64,000 bases of DNA from an uncultured Methanosarcinales archaeon (lineage in GTDB: Archaea; Nanobdellota; Nanobdellia; Woesearchaeales; ARS49), in contig CAYUPS010000003.1 in the NCBI GenBank assembly GCA_964445485.1, positions 1,528 through 65,527 on the forward strand, given 5' to 3'. The notes beneath the pieces are model-generated. The model made no database searches. It was not told the DNA's origin and was given only the letters and a program-made list of their open reading frames with translations. The position numbers and the translations under genes were made by a program. Positions 57,060-64,000 of this stretch are shown here, one piece after another (position 1 is the stretch's first letter; each line of letters opens with the position of its first letter).

Positions 57060-58108
57060 GAACCAAAGGATTCGAGCTCCAGTTCCACTGGATATTCGTC
57101 ATGATAGCGGGCGCGGTCATCCTCGCCTTCTTCCTCTCCCTCGCCATGCGCGCCCGCGAGAGCGGCCAGCAGGAAGCCGCCATCGAGGTCTCGAACGCCG
57201 TCGCCGCCGCGTTCACCGGCGCGCTCCAGAGCCCGGACGCGTTCAACAACCAGACCAGCCCCCTGCAGGGCATCTCGTTCGAGTGCTCTCCGTCGTGCGA
57301 GTGCAACTTCTACATCGATCCCGACGGCGTGCGCAAAGCCACGTCATTCGGCGAGAAGATCATCATGGCGCCGCCCGCACTGCGCGATCGCCCCCTGCAG
57401 CTGTGGACGATCCCGTGGGCGCTGCCGTTGCGCGCCGCCAACATGCTCATCGTCTCCAACGAAGACTACCATCTCTACATCGTGCACGATGACGGCGACG
57501 TGACATCGTCGCGCATCTTCGCCCGCATCAACAAGAGCCTGCCGCGCGACTTCGGCGCGCAGCACATCGCGCCAGACGATGTCATGCGGCTCGAGGACAC
57601 AGGCTACCCTTCGTACCGCTTCGTGTTCCTCAGCCTCGATCCGCAGCAGTACGTCCCCCGCGGCCTGCGCGATGCAGAGGATCTGAGCGCGGTCAAGATC
57701 GATGACACGGGCGCCGCGTTCTACGAGTTCGACGGCGGCGCCTGGCAGCGGCTCACCGACGTCCCCTACCCCGCGCAGCACTACCCGTCAGCCATGGCTG
57801 CCATGTTCGCCCGCGATCCCGCCATGTTCGCATGCGGCATGCGCAACGCATACCGCAAGCTCTCGTTCATCAGCCGCATCCAGCACGAGCGCACCATCGC
57901 GCTCTCCGCCGCGCCTGAATTGCAGCAGAACGGGTGCTCGTACCTCGCCGAATGGGACAAGATGGGCGCCGCGGCGTCCTCGCTCTCGCGCAGCACGCAG
58001 TTCAACGATGCGGACCTGAGCGCGCTCGATGCGGCTGTCCGCTCCGTCGAGCTCGAGAACCGCAGGCTGCTCGACATAGGCCCCACCAAATGCCCCAGCA
58101 TGTACTGA
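57047..58108 (+). CDS. Pilin-like protein (TKG|FELQFHWIF)
   Basis: Class III-type leader and hydrophobic helix. Confidence 0.8.
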   Translation: MPRLGTKGFELQFHWIFVMIAGAVILAFFLSLAMRARESGQQEAAIEVSNAVAAAFTGALQSPDAFNNQTSPLQGISFECSPSCECNFYIDPDGVRKATSFGEKIIMAPPALRDRPLQLWTIPWALPLRAANMLIVSNEDYHLYIVHDDGDVTSSRIFARINKSLPRDFGAQHIAPDDVMRLEDTGYPSYRFVFLSLDPQQYVPRGLRDAEDLSAVKIDDTGAAFYEFDGGAWQRLTDVPYPAQHYPSAMAAMFARDPAMFACGMRNAYRKLSFISRIQHERTIALSAAPELQQNGCSYLAEWDKMGAAASSLSRSTQFNDADLSALDAAVRSVELENRRLLDIGPTKCPSMY

Positions 58109-58110
58109 CC

Positions 58111-58617
58111 ATGGCACGACACGCGCAGATCCGGATGTTCGAGACCGTCGGCGTACTGGCAGTCTTCCTCTTCCTCATGGTCATCGCAGGCATCTTCTAC
58201 TTCCAGTTCCAGCGCACCACCATCGAGGAGAAAGTATCGGAAGCGGTCGAGCTGCGCTCTGCCGAGACGTTCCTGCGCGCGCTCTACCTGCCCGAGTTCG
58301 ACTGCCCCGCGACGAGCGGCGTGACGGCAAACTGTTTTGATAGACTGAAACTCAACGCGTTCGCAGGCCTGATGGCGGGCGGCGGCGACCAGATGCTCCT
58401 CGAGTACTTCCCCCTGTTCGGCTACACCACTGTCGCAGTCTCGACGGTATGGGAGCGCCCGCCAGGAGGCGCGCCGTTCAGGATCACGCTCTATGACTAC
58501 AGGCCTGAGACTGTGCTCAGCCAGAACGTATTCCGCAGCCCCGTCCTCATCTTCGACGGCACGCGCAACGCCATGGACTTCGGCATGCTGGAGGTGACGT
58601 CCTATCGCGCAGGCTAG
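58111..58617 (+). CDS. Pilin-like protein (RHA|QIRMFET)
   Basis: ATG 58111; class III-type leader. Confidence 0.8.
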   Translation: MARHAQIRMFETVGVLAVFLFLMVIAGIFYFQFQRTTIEEKVSEAVELRSAETFLRALYLPEFDCPATSGVTANCFDRLKLNAFAGLMAGGGDQMLLEYFPLFGYTTVAVSTVWERPPGGAPFRITLYDYRPETVLSQNVFRSPVLIFDGTRNAMDFGMLEVTSYRAG

Positions 58618-59140
58618 AAAAGCGCAGATGGAGATCCTCGGCCTCGCCATCATCGTCATACTGCTGGCGCTCGGCCTGCTGTTCGCCGTCGTCGTCCTCT
58701 TCCAGGAATCCCCGCGCACCGGCGGGCGCATCGCGCAGAGCGAATTCGCCACCAACTGGGTCAACACCATGCTCGGCACCACCACGGACTGCACCCCTGC
58801 GTCGGGCGTCGGCAGCAAACGCATGTCCAACCTGCTCATCGACTGCGCCAAGACCGGAGGGCGGGCGCTATGCCCCAACGGCCAGACCGTCTGCGAGCGC
58901 GCCGAGGACATCCTCCGCCAGATGCTCGACGCCACCTTCGGCACAGAGAAGCGCGACTACATCTTCACCATCACCGGCACGACAGAGATAGAGACGATGT
59001 TCTCCGGCGACAATGCGCTCAGAGGATGCTTCCGCGAGGACGGCAAGTGCTGCCTCTGGGACATCGAAGCGAACGCAGAATACAAAGTCCCGCTCGGCAC
59101 AGGGCCTGCCCTCGAGCCCGTCCTGAAAATCTGCAAGTGA
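58604..59140 (+). CDS. Pilin-like protein (RKA|QMEILGL), probable ATC start
   Basis: In-frame ARKAQ lies upstream of ATG 58628; GGAGGTGA SD 6 nt before ATC 58604. Confidence 0.75.
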   Translation: MAQARKAQMEILGLAIIVILLALGLLFAVVVLFQESPRTGGRIAQSEFATNWVNTMLGTTTDCTPASGVGSKRMSNLLIDCAKTGGRALCPNGQTVCERAEDILRQMLDATFGTEKRDYIFTITGTTEIETMFSGDNALRGCFREDGKCCLWDIEANAEYKVPLGTGPALEPVLKICK

Positions 59141-59143
59141 CTC

Positions 59144-59962
59144 CTAGAAGATGCGCCAGCGCAACGTCCGGTACATCTCCTGCGCCGTCGGACGAGCGAA
59201 CGGATCCTTGCGCAGAGTCGCGTTCACGAGCGATTCAATGCTCCGCGGGATGCCGGGCGCGCGCTCACGCAGCGGAACCGGCTTTTCGAGGAGTATCTTC
59301 TCGCGCATGTGGCGCTGATAATCCTCCGACTGCATGTTCGGACGGTCCTGCTCGAACGGGCGCACTCCTGCGAGCTGCTCATAGAGAATGACGCCGAGCG
59401 ACCACACATCGCTCGCCTGCACCGGCTCCCCGTCGAATGTCTCCGGTGCGCGATACTTCGTCTTGCAATGATCCGCAGGATGCGTCTTGCCGAGGAGGAG
59501 GCTGTTGCCGAAATCAGTCACTTTCACGCGCCCGCCGCAGACGAAGATGTTGCCCGGGTGGAGATCGTTGTGGATAAGAGTTGCGGAATGCGCTTTTGAT
59601 ATTGCCCCAGCTCCCCGCCCCACTGCGTTTATTTGAGGTGGCTCCACTTTATCAAGAGTCGTTCCAGACAAATATTCTTCAACTAAATATTTAGGAGAAT
59701 TAAGAAAATGTATTTTGTAAATTGAAGCAATATTTTTAGTAGTATTCAATGTTTTCAACTGAATTTTACCTTCTATCTCTTCGGTTGTTTCGAAGAGTTT
59801 CAGTACAACGGGATATTTTGTCTCGGTGTATTTTCCGCTCCAGATGTTTTTGTGGTGGAGTATTGCGTCGGCGAGGTATGCGCTTTTGTGCTTGCCGCTG
59901 CCGAGGTGTTGGCGGATGATGAATTGGCAGTCAAATGTCTGCCCAGGGGAGAGCGGTTTCAC
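59144..59962 (-). CDS. Serine/threonine protein kinase (Hanks-like, cytoplasmic)
   Basis: LGSG, VVLK, IHNDLHPGNI, DFG, APE, DVWSLG, R in subdomain XI. Confidence 0.85.
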   Translation of the reverse strand: MKPLSPGQTFDCQFIIRQHLGSGKHKSAYLADAILHHKNIWSGKYTETKYPVVLKLFETTEEIEGKIQLKTLNTTKNIASIYKIHFLNSPKYLVEEYLSGTTLDKVEPPQINAVGRGAGAISKAHSATLIHNDLHPGNIFVCGGRVKVTDFGNSLLLGKTHPADHCKTKYRAPETFDGEPVQASDVWSLGVILYEQLAGVRPFEQDRPNMQSEDYQRHMREKILLEKPVPLRERAPGIPRSIESLVNATLRKDPFARPTAQEMYRTLRWRIF

Positions 59963-60899
59963 GGGTCATCTGCTCCACGCGGTCGTGCCGGTAGGTGGTG
60001 TCGAGGTCGTTGAGGTAGGGGAGTTGGAGCTCTTGCAGTTCTGCGGTGAGGTTGAAGATGGTGCGGAGTGCGCGGTAGAGGGGTGTTTCGCTTTTGCCGG
60101 GGGCGTCGATGAGGGGTTTGAGCTGGTCGTAGACTGTGGCGATGTCGCGTGCGGTCTGGGTGCGGAGGGTGAAGGTGAGCTCGTAGCATTTGACGTACAT
60201 GTCGATGAGGCCTTGGAGGATGCGGAGGAGGTCTTTGTCGGCGGTGATTTTGTGTTTTGCGGCGTAGGCGAATGCCCATTTGTATTCGTCGCCGATGCGT
60301 TCTGTCTGGCGCAGGAGGGTGTAGAACATGGGCGCGTTGGGGTTGTGGATTTTCGGGCTTTTTGCGATGCGGCGGGTGCAGTAGTAGACGAATTTGTTGA
60401 TCTCGATGTCGAAGAGGGTGAGGGCTGCGAGGGCGTCGTAGTCTTTTTCGCAGAGGGCGATGATGCCTTCTTCGACCATGTTCTTGAGGAGCAGGAGGGT
60501 GCGGCGCATGAGCTGGGTGATGTCGGTGTCGTTGTTGCCGCCGAGGTCATTGATGGTGACGTTGCGTGGTGTTTGGGTGACGATCTCGTAGCCGATGGTC
60601 TGCTCGAGGTGGCGTTGGATGTCTGCGCGGAGTTGGGGGTCGGAGAATCTGAGTTTGATCTCGTCGTAGCCTTCTTGGTAGAGGCGGAGGATGACGCGGC
60701 GGAGGAGGGGGCCGAGGGTGTCGCAGTCGATCTCGATGGTTTTGCGTCCGCTGGTGTGTTTGGCGCGGATGAGGAGGTCTTGGTGGTGGGGTTCGACGTC
60801 GACTTGGTCGCCTTTTTTGATGCTGTGGGCGGTGACCCAGCTGACGGGGAGGCTGATGACGTGGGTGTTGTCGGCGATGCGGATCACTTTGCGCTTCAT
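59931..60899 (-). CDS. AbrB/MazE-PhoU family regulator (archaeal phosphate-uptake regulator type)
   Basis: MKRKVI...VISLP.SW...IKKGD; IGYEIV; ERIGDEY. Confidence 0.85.
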   Translation of the reverse strand: MKRKVIRIADNTHVISLPVSWVTAHSIKKGDQVDVEPHHQDLLIRAKHTSGRKTIEIDCDTLGPLLRRVILRLYQEGYDEIKLRFSDPQLRADIQRHLEQTIGYEIVTQTPRNVTINDLGGNNDTDITQLMRRTLLLLKNMVEEGIIALCEKDYDALAALTLFDIEINKFVYYCTRRIAKSPKIHNPNAPMFYTLLRQTERIGDEYKWAFAYAAKHKITADKDLLRILQGLIDMYVKCYELTFTLRTQTARDIATVYDQLKPLIDAPGKSETPLYRALRTIFNLTAELQELQLPYLNDLDTTYRHDRVEQMTRETALPWADI

Positions 60900-60927
60900 G
60901 GTCGTCTCCTTTCGGTAGTGACCCTGA

Positions 60928-60977
60928 CCTTATAAAGTTGGGCGAGACCTTAAGGAGCTTAAGGCAGGGGTATAAGG
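60928..60977. promoter_or_regulatory. Divergent promoter region with repeated CCTTA/TAAGG half-sites
   Basis: CCTTATAAAG 60928, palindrome CCTTAAGG 60948, CTTAAGG 60958, TATAAGG 60971. Confidence 0.4.
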
Positions 60978-61011
60978 CACGCCCCGAAGGAAACCCGCGC
61001 AGGTGATCTCC

Positions 61012-61503
61012 ATGAACAGACCCGATACGAAGACACTGCGCCTCCTCGCCGTCCTCCGCAGCGACGGCAGGGCCACACTGACCAACATCGCCCGCAAGAT
61101 GGGCATGCCCATCAGCACCACCTTCGACCGCCTCCGCACCCTCGAAGAGACCGAGATCAAGCGCTACACCGCCCTCATCGATTTCGGCGACTTCGGTTTC
61201 TCCGCCCGCGCCTTCCTCCTCATCCGGTGCGCCAAGCAGCACAAGGAAGAGCTCACCAAGCACCTCCTCCACCATCACAGCGTCAACACGCTCATCCAGA
61301 TCAACAACGGCTGGGACCTCCTCGCAGAGACGGTCTTCCCCGACATCAGGCGGCTCGAGGAATTCCTCGACACCATCGAGCCGCGCTTCGGCATCAAGAC
61401 CCTCCAGGTCCACTATGTCATAGACGACCTCCGCCGCGAAGGATTCCTCGCAGACCCCGACACGGCAGACACCCTCCATTCGTCGGGCCGCAGCAAAGTT
61501 TAA
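61012..61503 (+). CDS. Lrp/AsnC family transcriptional regulator
   Basis: LLAVLRSDGRATLTNIARKMGMPISTTFDRL HTH; RAM-like C-terminus; AGGTGA SD. Confidence 0.9.
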   Translation: MNRPDTKTLRLLAVLRSDGRATLTNIARKMGMPISTTFDRLRTLEETEIKRYTALIDFGDFGFSARAFLLIRCAKQHKEELTKHLLHHHSVNTLIQINNGWDLLAETVFPDIRRLEEFLDTIEPRFGIKTLQVHYVIDDLRREGFLADPDTADTLHSSGRSKV

Positions 61504-61542
61504 ATATCTGGTCGCCTCGCTCCGACGCAGAGGTACCTCACT

Positions 61543-61869
61543 ATGATGCGACAGGGCCAAGGGCTTCCGATATCGACAATCATCATCGCAGCGCTCGGAC
61601 TCCTCGTCCTCGTCGTCATCGCCGCCATCTTCGGCAGCCAGATCACGCAGGTCGGCGCCGTCACGCGCGAGTGCCAGTACCGCTGCGCAGGCCCCGCCGG
61701 CCCGTTCGCCACCGCAGACATCGCCGGCGCCCTCGAGAACTTCGAGCGCGATCCCGCCTCCTGCAACGACGGCTTCGAGAAAGCGCTCGCAGGCCAGTCT
61801 TTCTTCACACAGGACGCCCCGCAGCCAGGCATGAAATACATCTGCAAAGCCTGCTGCGCCCCCATCTGA
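61543..61869 (+). CDS. Small pilin (RQG|QGLPISTIII), major-pilin candidate
   Basis: Class III leader, hydrophobic helix, Cys-bonded small head ending CCAPI. Confidence 0.85.
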   Translation: MMRQGQGLPISTIIIAALGLLVLVVIAAIFGSQITQVGAVTRECQYRCAGPAGPFATADIAGALENFERDPASCNDGFEKALAGQSFFTQDAPQPGMKYICKACCAPI

Positions 61870-61879
61870 GGTCGGACAC

Positions 61880-62140
61880 ATGCTGTTCCGCCGCGGCCAG
61901 GGACTCCCGCTCAACACGGTCATCCTCGCCATCCTCGTCCTGTTGGTTCTCGTGATCGTCGGCGCCATCTTCGGCAGGCAGCTCGGCCTCTTTGGCCAAG
62001 AGACCCGCACGGCGACCGGTGAAGAGAAAGAATGCACCACGCCTCGCGCGGTCGTGGACAACTGCCCCCCGGGAACAGTCGAATCCTACGACCGCTACAA
62101 GGGACTCACATTGACACAGAAGTGCTGCATCCCCGCCTGA
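61880..62140 (+). CDS. Small pilin (RRG|QGLPLNTVIL), major-pilin candidate
   Basis: Paralogue of 61543; ends KCCIPA. Confidence 0.85.
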   Translation: MLFRRGQGLPLNTVILAILVLLVLVIVGAIFGRQLGLFGQETRTATGEEKECTTPRAVVDNCPPGTVESYDRYKGLTLTQKCCIPA

Positions 62141-62187
62141 TTCCCCCGTCGAAACTCTTATATATACTAGAGGCGCCCTTTTGAAGC

Positions 62188-62310
62188 ATGTTTCGACGCG
62201 GCGCGCACAGCACCCTCCTCAATACGCTCGTGTACCTAGGCCTGTTCCTGGGCCTCTTCATCCTCATCATGTTCATCATCAACAAGATGCTCGCGGGGGC
62301 CGCCGCATGA
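62188..62310 (+). CDS. Mini-pilin (40 aa; MFRRG|AHSTLLNTLVYLGLFLGLFILIMFII)
   Basis: Translated by hand (below the ORF-track cutoff); upstream TTATATATA; stop overlaps the next ATG. Confidence 0.7.
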   Translation: MFRRGAHSTLLNTLVYLGLFLGLFILIMFIINKMLAGAAA

Positions 62311-63329
62311 CACAGCGCAAGGGCGCCCTGACCATGATAGAAGTCATCGTGCTGCTCCTCATCCTCCTCATCTTCGCCCTGGTGTTCATGGCAGCAGTGC
62401 TGCCCAAGATACAGAGCGCGCTCGGCAGCGAGACGATCAAGTGCGACTGGAGCCTCTTCCTCCACGCCTTCAGCAAAGTCGGCGGCGTCGCGGCAATACC
62501 CCCCGAGTGCAAAGCCCACCGCTTCACCATCACCAAGAACGACCTCGAGCGCCTCGTGCCCGACGCCCGCAAAGCCATCAACATGTACCATGAGCAGCCC
62601 GAGAAGTACGCCGTGAGCGGCGTCGGCGTCGATGTCCTCCAGACATTCAAGCCCGACGGCGGCGAGTGGGAATGGGCGCTGGACAAGCTCGTCGCGGACG
62701 AGCTCAAGAGCTGCAGCGACAAAGTCATCAAAGGCAAACTCCCCCTCTTCAGCGAATGGTGGTCGCTCCTCGACTGCAAGGACGAGAAAGCCGCCGGCGG
62801 CTACCGCAAGTGCACCCCGGACGACTGGTCCGCGGCCTCCACCATCACCGCCATCGTCCTCCCCGGCATCGGCATCATGGGCCTCATCGGCGAGATGGCC
62901 GGCGACACCGTCCGCTTCGCCAAAGCCCCCACCTTCTGCGTCCTCTGCAGCCGCATCGTCATCGACCCGGAAGTCCCGCCGCTCATCGGCAAGAACACAG
63001 TCACTTCGCTCCGTGCCTGGATGGCCATCAACCCCGTCCGCAGCACCAATGAACCCTACTACAAGTACGTCGACGAGTGGCAGACGCCCACCGACAGCGC
63101 GCTCTTCAAGCCCAAATACACATTCGACCTCGACACGCCCCTCGCAGTCATGTACGAGCGCGTCAACGTCTTCAAAGCAAAAGGCGTGCTCGACTGGGGC
63201 CTGCGCGCCGCCGGCTTCATCGGCGAGCCGGACCAGCCCACCAACACGCTCAAAGTCCTGCCCTACACGCCCGAGGCAATCATCGGGACGCCGGAGACCG
63301 CAGGGGAGTGCCAATGGATACTCGATTGA
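62307..63329 (+). CDS. Pilin-like protein (RKG|ALTMIE), 340 aa
   Basis: ATG 62307; hydrophobic helix; several Cys pairs. Confidence 0.82.
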   Translation: MTQRKGALTMIEVIVLLLILLIFALVFMAAVLPKIQSALGSETIKCDWSLFLHAFSKVGGVAAIPPECKAHRFTITKNDLERLVPDARKAINMYHEQPEKYAVSGVGVDVLQTFKPDGGEWEWALDKLVADELKSCSDKVIKGKLPLFSEWWSLLDCKDEKAAGGYRKCTPDDWSAASTITAIVLPGIGIMGLIGEMAGDTVRFAKAPTFCVLCSRIVIDPEVPPLIGKNTVTSLRAWMAINPVRSTNEPYYKYVDEWQTPTDSALFKPKYTFDLDTPLAVMYERVNVFKAKGVLDWGLRAAGFIGEPDQPTNTLKVLPYTPEAIIGTPETAGECQWILD

Positions 63330-63463
63330 ATAAACGGGGCGAGACGCCCGGCTGGGTGTACGTGATCGCGTTCATCCTCGGCCTGCTCCTCGTCGTCATC
63401 GTCGGCTACATCATCGGCAAGAGCGCCGGCGTGCAAGTCGACATCCTCGGAGATATATGGTGA
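63314..63463 (+). CDS. Mini-pilin (49 aa; NKRG|ETPGWVYVIAFILG)
   Basis: GGGGAG SD before ATG 63314; overlaps both neighbours. Confidence 0.7.
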   Translation: MDTRLNKRGETPGWVYVIAFILGLLLVVIVGYIIGKSAGVQVDILGDIW

Positions 63464-64000
63464 TTCGCGGACGCAAAGCATTCACGTGGAGCGCCATACT
63501 CACCATAGTCCTCGGGCTCTTCGTCCTCATCGCGCTCGCCCTCGGCCCCGGCCGCGTCACGTACGAATTCGCAAAAGAGAAATTCTTCGGCGAGAAAGGC
63601 CTCTTCGCCAAGCCGCCCCGCGGCGACTTCGTCCCCTGGACCGGCCCGGAGCTCACGCAGGACGACATCCTCGCGCTCGACTCCATGGCCGCGCTGCAGT
63701 GCGCCGCCTCCGGCACCGCCGCAGGCGCCATACTGCTCGGCGACGGCACGGCCAACGACGCGGTCTGCCCGCAGAACCGCGAAGGCGGCCACGCCCGCGA
63801 AGTGCGATCAGGCAGCGTCTGCTACGGCGGGGCCTGCGCGAGCTGCAGAGGCATCAAGCAGCGCACCATCACGCTCCCCGGCGATGCGCAAGAGAACGCC
63901 GTGCGCCTCGCCAACACAATGCTCACCTGCATGCAGCACGCCAAGCTCGGCAAGCTCGCCACGCAGACGGGCGAGTACTTCAACTGCGCCGTCATCGACC
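63457..64000 (+). CDS. Pilin-like protein (GRKA|FTWSAIL), truncated by the window end
   Basis: Open frame from ATG 63457 to the window end, translated by hand: MVIRGRKAFTWSAILTIVLGLFVLIALALGPG... Confidence 0.75.
   Translation, partial: MVIRGRKAFTWSAILTIVLGLFVLIALALGPGRVTYEFAKEKFFGEKGLFAKPPRGDFVPWTGPELTQDDILALDSMAALQCAASGTAAGAILLGDGTANDAVCPQNREGGHAREVRSGSVCYGGACASCRGIKQRTITLPGDAQENAVRLANTMLTCMQHAKLGKLATQTGEYFNCAVID

Noticed and set aside
62181-62306. TTG-initiated extension of the 62307 pilin
   Set aside because: The region is better explained by the 40-aa mini-pilin in another frame

Overview
GC-rich archaeal chromosomal window. The gene set (archaeal DnaG, RIO1-KH, topo VI, Hef, FEN1, PAN, RFC-S, pelota, EndA, RNase Z, Rpp30, PheRS, TyrS, L14e/L34e) and the many Cys-rich and pilin-like surface proteins suggest a DPANN lineage, probably Woesearchaeota (inferred from gene style, not from a database search). 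From 1 to 45.9 kb the window is mostly replication, RNA-processing and proteolysis housekeeping genes, plus one tRNA-Arg(TCT) and small accessory inserts. Two uncharacterised surface loci stand out. The first is a five-gene operon at 30.7-36.4 kb with three paralogous lipoproteins, a polytopic homologue and a membrane-anchored repeat protein. The second runs from 46.5 kb past the right edge. It holds two giant Cys-rich surface proteins and 11 class III signal (type IV pilin-like) genes, including 40- and 49-aa mini-pilins, and is interrupted by a kinase/PhoU/Lrp cassette. Other highlights: a ~235-nt highly base-paired leader or ncRNA upstream of dnaG, two genes that appear to start at ATC behind Shine-Dalgarno (SD) motifs, a PP-loop-less ThiI coupled to a TtuA-like thiolase, and a C/D-box-like element. 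No CRISPR array, rRNA, transposase or integrase was seen. Family calls come from motif recognition by eye, and GC and count estimates are also by eye.
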